Shown here piece after piece: positions 28,442-40,779 of a stretch of 64,000 bases of DNA (positions are counted from its first letter, which is position 1; each line of letters starts with the position of its first letter). The notes below the pieces were generated by a model. The model was not told the origin of the DNA. It saw only the letters and a list, made by a program, of their open reading frames with translations, and made no database searches. Source of the DNA: Chrysomallon squamiferum (lineage: Eukaryota > Animalia > Mollusca); NCBI GenBank assembly GCA_012295275.1, contig CM022670.1, positions 1,674,001 through 1,738,000 on the forward strand, read 5' to 3'. Made by a program: the position numbers and the translations under genes.

Positions 28442-28595
28442 GTGGATTAAAGAAAGAAATGTATATTGTTTATGTAAACAAGCACCTGCACGTTTTCCAC
28501 CATTTTGTTTTATTACGTCACCTCGACAACGAGTAAACCTCGCGAGATGTGAAAATTAATATTATCCTTGAACTTCGTGACCTGAGGTCATCCGC
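28442..28595. promoter_or_regulatory. Compact bidirectional promoter shared by the TM-protein gene (-) and HYI (+)
   Basis: CpG-enriched patch between divergent genes. X-box GTCACC-TC-GACAAC at 28517-28530, TTACGTCA at 28513-28520, CCTCGCGAGA at 28538-28547, TGAACT-tcg-TGACCT-g-AGGTCA at 28569-28590. Confidence 0.7.
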
Positions 28596-31500
28596 ATGTA
28601 TTCAGCAGGAAAGGTTTCGTGGCGATTTTGCACAATTATATATCGAAATTACTCAGCTGACATGCCTTTAAAATTTGCTGCCAACCTTTCATTTATGTTC
28701 CAAGAGGAACAAACGTTATCAAAGAGATACTCAGAAGCCAAAAATGCAGGTTTCAAATTTGTAGAGCTTGGAGTTCCATACGACTGTGGAGAATCACTGG
28801 AAACATTAGTTAATGCCAAAAAGGAGGCGGGGCTTGAGCAGGTGCTTGTCAACTCGTATCCTGGTAAATTGTATTAATTATGTTATAGGAAACTGTGAAA
28901 TAGGAGGGGCTTATGACATAAATTAACAAAAAAAAAAAAAAAAAAAAAAAATCCCCCCCAACATCACACACACACACGCACACACGCACGCACACACACA
29001 CGCACGCACACACACAAGACTTCAGTGACAAGAGAGATAATCTGCATATCCACTGGATAATAATAACAATAACAATAACAACAACAACAACAACAGCAAT
29101 AACAATAATAAACATCTGCAGTGTGCACAAATTTTTATATATCAAATAGTTATTTTTATATCTCCAATACAGTAATATATTAATAATATTTTCATTACCG
29201 TCACCAGGTTTTCATTATCATTAAATTATTTCACAGGAAATCTGAAAAAAGGTGAAATGGGTTTAGCAGCTTTGCCCCACAGAGAACAAGAATTTCGAGA
29301 AAAACTTGAACTGTCAATACAGTATGCCAAAGCTCTTGATTGTAAACGGTAACATTTTATTTCTATTACGGTGATAGAAACGGTTGTTAGATGAATGATT
29401 GTAATGAATAATTAAGATGTTATAGAACTCCCTTTGAACTACATTTTCTCGTTCCAACCAGTACTCTTTGATGACTTAATAAAACATTGTAGTATGTGTC
29501 TTGGAAAATGTGTATTACAGAGCCTTGTCTGTTAATTGATAAGAGTAACTCTTGGAGGAGCAGTGGAATGTTTTTTCTTATAATCATTATACAAACAATA
29601 AAGTTTAATGTTTGATATTAAATAGTTACATTATTTCATTTGATTGTGAAATATCATTGATGTATGTAATGTGTTATTGTTTTGATATTATTATTATTGT
29701 TATTATTATTATTATTATTATTTTTTTTTTTTTGTTGTAGATTATAGACAGCATGGTGCTAACTTTATATTAACCAGAAATTATATTTTATTCTTGTATC
29801 TAAATATACTTATAAAATATTTTTTAATGGAGCACAATTTAAAAATCACTTTAAATGTATTACCATTAAATATATAGTGTTTCTGCATATATTTTGAAAT
29901 TTATTTTTAATTTACATTTTTTTATGCTTGAAATATCTAAATATACTTTGTAAAATATTTAACTAAACTCAGTCTAAGAATCAATATAAATTTTTTGTCA
30001 TTACAAGATTAGTGTTTATTATTGTGCACAGCTTATACTTTGAAATTTACTTTCCTTCCTTTTTTTTTTTTTTTTATTATTTTTTTAAATAGTTTACATG
30101 TATTGGCTGGAAACCAGCCTGTATATGAAGACAAGACCACAGAAGAGGTTTATCTGAACAATGTACAGTATGCTGCAGATAGATTACAAAAGGTAGGTAT
30201 ATGTTACAAAAAAACCTCCAAACAACCACCATCAACTAGCCAAACTAAACACTGTCCTAGAGCTCAAAAATTTTGGGTTTCTAAAAATTCTTCAGAAATT
30301 TCTAAATAATATAGGGTCATTCTGTGTCAAATCACCCCCCAAAAAAAAAAAAAAAAAAAAATCCCTCAGAAATTTATGAAACCCAACCATCTCAGCAATT
30401 TTAGACCGATCAGACCAGTGGTGTGGGAGATATGGCCCCTGAATTTATAGATTTTTGGCAAAAATGGGCGTGACCACTGATCTTTGAACCCTCATAGCTC
30501 AGGAATTTCTGGGCCAATCTTCATAAAATTGGTATTATTGAAAAGGCAATGTGACAAGGATTGTAAATCTGGAGGTACACTGGTGTTGTTTTCATGGACA
30601 TGCATTTTTAAAATCTATTTTGTGGCTAAACAAAAATATTACACCCAGGAAACTTTTATATGTTTTAGTTAACATGTGGGAGATTAAATTTCAATAAATG
30701 TCATCTCAAGGTCACGTGATACACAAGGTCATAGGAAAGGTCAAAATGTCAGTGTATCCAAACTGAACAATAATGGAAGATTTGGAATCCTTGTCATATT
30801 GCCTTTTCAACAATACCAATTTTATGAAGATTGGCCCAGTAGTTCCTGAGATATGACAGTTCAAAGGTTGGTGGTCACGCCCATTTTTGTCAAAAATAAC
30901 AAAATTCGGGAGCCATATCTTCCACACCAATTGTCCGATTGGCCTAAAATTTCAGATTTGGTGCTGTGGGATCCCAATCAACAAGTATATCAAGTTTCAT
31001 AAAAATCTGAGATGGTCAGTTGGGTGATTTGACATGGAATAACCCTATAGTACTTTTTTCTGAACCAACATTTCTTTCATTTTTTATTTTTTTTAAATTT
31101 TTTTTTAAAGAATCAATTTTTTTTTTCTCTTGATATATTCACCAAAACAATGGCTGCCTTTCTTTCCTGATTGGGTTTGTTGCAGCAGACTTATCACAAC
31201 ATTTTATTTTAAAATATGGGTAAAATAAATTACACCAGTTATAATTTATAAAATTTGAATGCTTTAAGAGATTAAATTTTGTATTTAATGTCATTTCCTA
31301 CTAATGTGATATGTAAACATTATGATCCATTTGATGACAGTGAAGTATAAATAAACAAGAGTTAATAAGTATTGAAAAAAATAACAACAACAAAACCAAA
31401 AAGACAGTTGACAATAACACTTTAAATATATATTTTTTTAAATTTTAGTGTTATTAAAAAGTTACTTAAAATTCTTCACATTTTCTGTACTGGAAAATTC

Positions 31501-32185
31501 TTATATCATTTCAGGAAGGAATTATGGCATTAATTGAACCAATCAACACAAAAGTCTCATTTCCCAGATACTTTTTATCAAAACCAGATCAGGGTAAGTT
31601 TATCCAAAAATGTTCTGTTCTCTAACAATACCTCTGACCCACCCCACCCCACCCCACCGCACAGCATAAAAAGTATACAATAAATAATAGTGAAATAATA
31701 GATAAATTAGGTGAATAAAATATATAATTTTAAATATTTTTATTTGGGCTTTTCTTTTCTGCTGGCTAAATGAACTTGTAAATATTGTGTTTTACTTGTT
31801 TTACAGCTTTAAATTATGTGAAGAAACTGAATCACCCAAATCTGAAAATGGAGTTTGTAAGTGTTTTATATAAGCACACTTTGATAAAGGATTACCTGAA
31901 GTGAAATAAAGAGAAAAATGTAAAATTACCTTGCTGACAATAATTAATAATATACACATGTCTATACCTGTATGTATGTATAACATTAACTGTGTGTGTG
32001 TGTGTGTGTGTGTGAATGTATGTATATGTATATAAAAACAATGATTATCTGTTGAAATTTGTTTTTGCATATTGACTCTAGTTTTATTATTTAATCATAC
32101 CAAAATGTCATCATCTCAAATATTCCTTGAGGGGTTTCCATTTAACTTAGATTATGTTTAATGAGACTCCCCCAAGATGTTAAGC

Positions 32186-32230
<45 letters not shown>

Positions 32231-33809
32231 CAGTTTGTATATGTAATTTGGTATTATGTTTTATGTAGCCAAGATAAGACAGTACTGGAGGGTGCTCTGT
32301 GTATACTTTGGGTGTCATCCTATTTAAAATAAAGATAATCTTTATTAACTGCACATTTTAAAACATTCTGACCCAATTTGCTTTAAATATTTAATATAAA
32401 GTTTAACTTAAAATTTCATCACTTCATTGTGCATACTTTGCTCTTTTTCTTAATTGTAAAATCAGTATTTTTTAATTCAGGATTTCTTTCACGTGCAAAT
32501 CATGGAAGGCAATCTCACGAGCAAATTAAAAGAATGTTTGCCACACATTGGTGAGTATAATATTTTATAATCCTATATCAGTTTTCTATCATGCTGGAAA
32601 TCTAAAAATGTTTTACATGAGGAATACAGCACTGTTAAAGAATGATGAAACCAATGTTTTTCTTTTAAAAAAAAAATCTTGTTCATCTTCAAGACTATGA
32701 ATAAAACAGAAACTTTTCAAGAATAAAAAGATTTTATGCCATTGGTGTACCCTGTAATACAAAATCCAGAAGTGTTATATTCTAAATCAAATTAAAAACC
32801 TCACTGAAAGAACGAAATGACAGCTTGTGATAAATAATTATGTTACATAAGTCACTTGCTAAATAAATTTAAGAAACTTGAAATGTGAATGTGTGCATTT
32901 ATATACATGCATATGTACAAATACTATGACATTTTAATAAAATCCCAAGTTTTCTGATAATTAATACTATGACCTGAAGCATGTGCTTTATCACTGACCT
33001 ATAACCCACTCCTTTTTTCTTTTCTAACATATTAGATCACTTGTCAAACAAAGTGAGCCTAGCTAGGTCAACAGATAAGATATCATAACATGTTTACTTC
33101 AGGATACATACAGATTTCACAAGTTCCAGACAGGGGGGAGCCTGATGATGGAGGGGAAATAAACTATCGCTATATTTTCAAACTGTTGGAAGACTTACAT
33201 TATGATGGGTACATAGGTCTGGAGTACAAACCAAGAGGTATTTGTATTTTTTTAAACAAAACATGACAGAGAATTTAGGTTATTAGTTATTTAAACTTTG
33301 CCTAGTTGATGTATCTTTATATAATTTTGACCATACTGCCCATTTCTTCATTCTTGATATATTTTATATTCATTTCATTCCTTTCAATATACAAATCATT
33401 GTTTTTCTCTGATAAACAGATAATTCAAAATAACTTCTGATTGGAATTTCTAACATCAAAAAAAAAAAAATTAAACAAAAATTAAACAAAACATCCACAA
33501 TGTGACAAGTAATATATTTAATCAGCTGCATTTGATATTGGCTAATTATATATATGTAATAATTTGGTAATCAACTGAGATTGTGCAGAAATAAAATAGA
33601 CACAGATTAACTCATAGAACAAATATTAAAACTGTGATAATTTTTATACATTTGTCTGGAGATTTTTTTGTCTTCAAAGCTATTTGTACAACATATAACT
33701 TTCACAGGAACTATAACATAAAATTAAACATTTCTATAATCTTCTAAATTTTGCAGGTAACACAGTTGAAGGGTTGAAGTGGATAAAAGATATGGGTTAC
33801 AGTTTGTAA
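28596..33809 (+). CDS. HYI: Putative hydroxypyruvate isomerase (266 aa from ATG 28662, 288 aa from ATG 28596). Exons 28596/28662-28863, 29237-29348, 30093-30192, 31515-31593, 31807-31856, 32481-32550, 33103-33237, 33757-33809
   Basis: Family motifs LKFAANLSFMF, AGFKFVE, LHVLAG, LIEPIN, DFFHVQIMEGNLT, IQISQVPDRGEP, GEINY, YDGYIGLEYKP. All introns are GT-AG and in phase. Confidence 0.95.
30314..31045. mobile_element. Non-autonomous fold-back DNA transposon (Sola2-like termini) in HYI intron 3
   Basis: 24-bp TIR GGGTCATTCTGTGTCAAATCACCC vs reverse complement GGGTTATTCCATGTCAAATCACCC. TATA flanks both ends. Inverted similarity extends inward (~30400-30570 vs ~30778-30950). No transposase ORF. 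Confidence 0.85.
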
Positions 33810-35097
33810 TCATTAACACACCCAATATTTTAAGTGCTATTTTATATATGGTTATCATATGTAACCATTAATATTAAATATTTTTAACCAGTATATTAAC
33901 TGTATATGACAATCAAAGCTGCTTATTAATATCCAGGATAACTTACAAATGGGAAGAAAATGGCCAACAAATTATTTTAAGAGAGATTAGGCTTCGGTTA
34001 TGGAAATGCTTTAGTTTGGAAAAAAGTAGATACTTTGTGTTTTAAGCTACAATGTGGTTGTGACACAACTGTAAATTATACAGTTATTCTAAGGATCATG
34101 TATGTACAATCTGGTGTCACTGGAGAAGGTTTCTTAGTGTCTGACACCCGAACACTAACTTGGCAAAGAAATATGTTTTAAGAATTTGCTTATTAATAGT
34201 CACTGACTCACAGAATGGTGCTACAAGCTGGATAAATTGATTATAAGTTGAATCATTAAGTAAGATTGATTTCCTAAATCACCACAGTTCATCCATGTTC
34301 TTAATAGTTTTGAGATTAAATGTCTACAAAAACAAACTGGCAGATTAAAAGTAATTAATTATCTAAAAACAACACAGTCCAGTGCTAATTTCAAATTATC
34401 ATTCTTAAAATACATTTTATCAAATAAAAAAATTAATAAAAATGACAAGAAATTTATATTTGTGGAATTAAAATATTTTTGTATATTAGTAAATGAGTGG
34501 TAGACTGAATTTTCTTTTTCATGACATTTACAACAACAAAAACACACACAAACAAAAAATGAAGATTGAAACAATGAAAAAATATTTTATTAAAATTAAT
34601 GTTTGGTTCTATCATTTAATTTTTTTAATCAGATCAGTACTATGAGGTTATCAATATAAAAAAATAAAAATCTAGATGAAGAGAAATTACTTGTCTTTTA
34701 TTTTTTTTCTTAAAATAAAACTTTAATCAGTGATAGCATTCTTATGGTACATTTTTTACTGTAAAAGCCATAGATGCTTATGAAAACTGTGATATTGGTG
34801 TGTATTTCTCCAATTGTGTTTTCATGTCTGGAAAACAAAGGTATTTGTGGATGTTGTGTCATTATTAATGTTCATCTCTATGGTCAACTGTTACATTAGA
34901 TACAGTGTAAGAAAGGACATCTGTTTTGGTGATAAAATGGCCTTAACAAGATTTAGTGCAGAAGACAACACTGTAAATGACACCATTAATCCTCTATATC
35001 CTAATACTGAACAGTGACTGATGCAGACCAAGATGTCTGTGTGCTTGATGTTACTGAATGTTTCCTATTATTTAGTCAAACTGATATTAAACAAGTG

Positions 35098-38000
35098 TTA
35101 GACAAACTCTCCACAGTTGGCTATTGTGACTTTTTCACTTGGTTTTCCACTCTTGCTCCCACAAGCCTGAAATGTAATAAATAAATAAATATTAATCCAC
35201 TTTTCTTCAATCAACAACCTCTCTAAGCTTACCTTCTTTTTAAGTTTAAATCACAAGAACTTGGCAATCAGTTATTTAATTCGTTTATATTAAATATTTC
35301 AATTTAGTAATTATCATAAAGTCAAAGATCAGTATGTACTTATGTTTGTAATTTTTTTATCACTGGCTGAAAAATCTACAATATAGAAATATAAAATACA
35401 GGTTAGATTATTATTACCTCTATTTTTCTCACTACGTCCATCCCTTCTACAACACGACCAAACACAACATGTTTTCCATCTAACCTGAAATTTACAATAA
35501 AACAACATTCAGTCTTAGTAATGACACAAAGCTACAGACAATGAAGAATACGTAACTAATAATTTTTCAGTTATCAAAAGATAAGTCTACCTACTTGGCC
35601 AAAACTGAAATTAATTTTTTTCTGAAAGAAGTAGGTCAACCAACCTTTTGGATTAAATTCCTTCAAAATAACAACAGCTATTACCTGTCCAGATTTTAAA
35701 AATAAACATTTAATATTGTACAATCAAAATTAAAATAATGAGGTGATTAAATATATCATTACTGTAAATTTTCTTGTTATTTTAAAGAATGTGCAACATA
35801 AATAACATTCACTCAGGAAATGCTTTTGTGTTTTTATAAGATAAAAAAAGGAAAAAATATAAAAATATAAATAAACATACCAGTCTGTCTTCTCTGTGGT
35901 AAGGAAAAACTGAGATCCATTTGTGTTAGGTCCAGAATTCGCCATTGATAAAGTGCCTGAAAATATGAAATTAATAGTTAAAAAAATGAGAAACATTATC
36001 ATCAGAATGTCATCAGAATGATGTTAAATGTCACTCCAGCATCTGCAGCTAATTAAATAATTAATACTTCTTAATATATATATATCAGAATACAGTGATA
36101 AAAACCTTGAAACTTATTTCCATGAACTGATATAATGTTGTATACATCTATGTTAACTGAATTAAAAATTCTTCGTAATTTTTAAATACCATCTGCTAAT
36201 GACATGACCGAGTAATGCCATGTAAAAACCTTTAATAATCAACCTACCAAACATAATAGTAAATACAGTAATGTTTAAGAATTGGTAGTAGTGTACACAG
36301 AAGTAATAAAAATTAATTTTTAAAAATGTTTATATTTGTTAATAAAACCCACTGAGAAGAACTACTGATAAGAATTTAAATTTCCTTACCTGGTGATGTG
36401 TGTTTTAGTGTAAAGTTTTCATCTTCGAACTTTTTCCCATATATAGACTTCCCCCCAGTTCCGTTGTGATTGGTAAAATCTCCACCCTGACACATCTGTA
36501 TCCACAGTTAAGGTTTATCAATACAAATTTCACAGAACATAATTTTAGATATAAATGTACCAAACAGTACAAAAAAGAAAGAAAAGAAGTTGTTAAATAG
36601 ATTACTTTCACAATTATTTCAGCATAAACAAAAAAGTTTTAACATAACTAATTTTAAGCTAACAAATACTTTGATACAGAGCATTCAAAAATTTTGGAAA
36701 AGAAAAGAAAACAATTTCAAAATCAGAAAATGACTCGAATTTTAACAAAGAGGAGCCACAATTTCTCTGTGCTGTTCAATGAGATAATATTAAAATAAAC
36801 ATTTTTATCTCAGTCTAAAGGATGCAAATGAAGGAATAATTCTGTGGAATGTGCTGCCTTTATAGCCAAAGCCCTTCTCATGAGTACATAAACAGCGGAA
36901 ATTTTCTAAATAAAGAAATAGAATATATATTATCTTCACATATTAATAATATGACAATCTGACAGATTAATAAAATATCCATTCTACATTTGCACAATTC
37001 AGTAATAATTACTAAATTGGTTTAATCAAATACAATTACAAATCTGTTCATAAGTACAATTTGAGATAAACATTTACATAATATAGATATAATATTGTTC
37101 ATTATAGAGCCTTTAATTAATTTACACACTACATCAACCATAACAACAAATATATATATATACTTTACAAAATTTAATAACATCATTATTTTTTCCATGT
37201 AGTGTTAAAATTCAGAATATATTTAATGTCCAGAAATTAACTCAAATATGAAAAAAAAAACTATGGTTTTGCAGATTCAAAAATAAATCAAATATAAACC
37301 TGCAGTCTTGGGAACCACATCTGCCATCAATTCAATAACTATCCGACCAGTCTGTCGTCCACCAATTGTAACATCAAAGTACACTTGTGGATTTTCATGT
37401 GATTTCTTTGCTGGAGGCTGAGACTGCTTAAAAAAAAAAAAAATAAAATAAAATAAAATAAAATAAAATAAAATAAAATAAAATAAAATAAAATAAAATA
37501 AAATAAAATAAAATAAAATAAAATAAATAAATAATTTAAAATAATAATAATATTAAAAATAAATAAATAATTTAGAATAATAATATTAAAAATAAATAAA
37601 TAAATAAATAAATAAAAAAACATCAGCTACCACAAATATTTTATAACAGGGTTAACAGCTGTCTTGAAAAGAAATGAGTACTGTCTTCACATGTTACTTG
37701 CAGTACTGGTTTCCTAGTGCTAATAAAGGATTTCCGTTAAAAAATGAACACATAAAAACATGCATAACTACCATTTACATGATTTTTTTTATAAAATAAA
37801 TAATGATTCTATGACAGAGGAAACTGACTGCCATCAGGTTTCTAATTTATCTTCCCAAATATAATGAATAAACTTTGTAACAGTAAATAGTCGTATTGGG
37901 TATTATGTGGGAAATTAAATTACCTCATCTGCTTCTTCTGCTGGTCTCTTTGTTCCATGATCACTTTCTGCTTGTTCTCCTTCATCTCCTGCCTCCTTCA

Positions 38001-39786
38001 GATTGAGTGTCTCTCCAGCATGTTTCTGTAACCACGAGTCTTCAGCCCACACTGTAAATTGAATAAAACACTTGTATTATAAATAAAAAAACCCGAATAA
38101 CACATGTATCTAGGCTTCACGTTTTGTACCATGATGGGTCACTTTAAGGTTCAGTTTCAAAAATTAAATTTAATATATCTGAAATGCCAAGATCTTCATT
38201 TCAATAAAGAAAGGGTTCTGAAGATAATGATAATGTCTAAAACATTTCAGTGATGTTAAGTTCAAGTTTTAAACCATTTTCAAAAACAAAACCCCATGTT
38301 TAACTAACCAGCTCTTGATGCCCCTTCTTTCATCTTCATTGGTTTGGCTAAATTCACACGAATAGTTCTTCCAAACAACTCAGAATCATTCTAAAATAAA
38401 TAAAAAAATTTACTAAATAAAGGAAAAAATATTGCTGTAAATGTAAAATATTTATTTTCTTTTAAGTAAATTGTTATAACTGAGTACACCAGTTACAAAC
38501 TTTCTTACGAGTAAAATGTCATAAAACTCACCATGTTGTCAATAGCTGCAGCTGCATCCTGAAATAATATTTTAAAAAATGAAATATACTTTGTGAAGTT
38601 CATATTATATATGTAACTGGTACAAAATGTGGTAAATAAAACAAATTAATATAAAATGTTACAATGTATCAGCTTAATTTAAAAGGAAATCTTCATTTTA
38701 ACTTTAACCTACTGTCTGGTGGAAAAATACATTTAGATATGAATCTTCCAAACTAGCTGTGATTTCAAAATACATTATACAGATATTACATCCCAAAAAA
38801 AAAAGTGATATTTTTACTAGAACAGTGAATTAATCTATTGTAAAAATATTTTTTTTCAACAAAAACATTATTACATTACCTCTGCCAGTTCAAATTCAAT
38901 GAATGCAAATCCTCTGTGTTTTTCTGTAAATATTAATAAAAACTACTTTATCATTTAATTTCTTAAACTGTTTTGAATATCATGTCATATTTTTTTTTGG
39001 TAATAAAAGTTAACACTCAAATAAAATCACATTTTATACTGAATTTTGAAGAGAAATTGAAATATACCATTATGTCATAAAGTTCTTGTAAAAAATGGCA
39101 GATGAATATACTCTACTTGAAAGGATTACTGAAATGTACACTGAAATATGCTGAATGTACAAAAATAATATAACTTAAAAAAATTAATAAAAATAAAAAC
39201 AAAACAAACCCTGTCCCTATCAATGCCATCATGATGATGGTTTGAGTTTTATAAACAAATTTGTAGCAAATAATGTGATGTACATATATTTCACATTAGT
39301 CTACATAAAATTCTAAAGTCTCTTAATTTTTCACTTTTAAACTAAAGTGATCTGAAGGATATCATAAAAAGTAAAATTATGATTCCTCTTGATAGACATT
39401 CATTTGGATTCTGTTTGTTTCTAATGTTATATATCTTAAATTATTGTTTATATATATTATTTTCATTTGATTTTACTACAGATATTTATAGTATATTTTT
39501 TTCAAAGTAGCTCCTTATAGATATAATCAAAATGTTAAGGTCTCAAAATTAGATGTCAAGAACTATTATTTTGTCAAAAGTTCACACTAATACCTGTTTC
39601 ATAGTCAAGAGGAATGTTAATATCAATTAGATCTCCAAATGGAATAAAAGCTTCTTGAATAATTTTCTCATCAACTTCTTCTGCTAAACCACCTGTAAAA
39701 TAAATCAATTAATTAATAAATAATATACTCATACTGTTATACATACATACATACATATATATATATATATAAAACATACATATACA

Positions 39787-39822
<36 letters not shown>

Positions 39823-40427
39823 TATATATAAAAACACAATTTAAACTTTTTACAGTTATTTAAACAATATTCATTAAATTTAGAATAAATAAAAACGAAT
39901 TCAGAACATGTTATTAATCAACTGTTTATGGAATTTTACAATGTAATAAAGGATGATCAATTGAATAATTCATACTCTGACAATAACAATGACTGAATGA
40001 CTGAATAAGTGACAATCATTATCATATCTAAGATACTTAGATACTAAGATAGTATCTAGTATCTTAATTTACTTCAGACAATCTTATTATTTCTTTTATG
40101 AGTCTGACTTAACATTAGCTTTCATTTTCATTAATCAACTTCATACGTAAGAGTAAGTACTAATTAAGTAATTGTTACTCATTCTCCGAGATGTAGTCTG
40201 TAATTTTGTCATCCTTTTAAACGTTTACCGGTGTTTCGTTAACCGAATGATTTAACCCGTAGCAAATTATAAAGATTTACAGGAGATATGCCTTCTTATT
40301 TTAGTTTTTAGGTCAAACATCTCTTTATTCAAGTGAAACTTAACTATGTTGCAGGTGTATATAAATAATAATAAAAACACTTATACAGACCAACGTAAAC
40401 AACACGCTTGTTCGTAGTGGAAGCCAT
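35098..40427 (-). CDS. PPIE: Peptidyl-prolyl cis-trans isomerase E (cyclophilin-33, RRM + cyclophilin), ~312 aa. Exons 40427-40391, 39692-39594, 38923-38880, 38558-38532, 38390-38309, 38051-37924, 37423(or 37426)-37300, 36905-36826, 36495-36390, 35956-35881, 35484-35418, 35166-35098
   Basis: RRM: [53 protein letters not shown]. Cyclophilin: [82 protein letters not shown]. Phases are consistent (939 nt). Confidence 0.96.
36496..36825 (-). other. U12-type (minor spliceosome) intron with GC-AG termini, PPIE intron 8
   Basis: 5' site |GCATCCTTT. Branch site CCTTAAC (36513-36507) lies 11 nt before the 3' end, with no polypyrimidine tract. Removal restores the conserved IIPSF|MCQGG. Confidence 0.9.
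37441..37525. repeat. (AAAAT)n pentanucleotide microsatellite forming the pyrimidine tract of PPIE exon 7
   Basis: About 17 perfect units directly upstream (minus strand) of the acceptor. Confidence 0.9.
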
Positions 40428-40779
40428 AATGAATATTCTTAGGTAAATTCGTTCTTAAAGAAAAGCACCAATTTTAGGATCAGCATATCTCGAAAAACTC
40501 TTTAAAAATACCTACTTTCTTTATTATAATTTGTCTAGTATTGTAATTACTGAAAATATGAACCATCATAGTGGTGGATATAATTTTAATGTTGAAAATT
40601 ACACTACATATAGGCACCATCTGGATGAATATTTGAATGTGGTTGGGTACGAACATTTATCAGTGTATTAAATGTTTATCTGTATGTACAGAGGTATCAC
40701 TGAATATATAAATAAACAGTCATTTGTAATCTTGGTGACATATATATGGTTGAATGCAAATAAAAACAAATACTATTCT

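Noticed and set aside
30484-30930. Two mirror-image ORFs sharing GPIFIKLVLLKRQ
   Set aside because: A by-product of the transposon's inverted arms; not a transposase.
34814-35017. 67-aa ORF with a signal-peptide-like start
   Set aside because: Non-ATG start, antisense to the PPIE 3' UTR, and no family motif.
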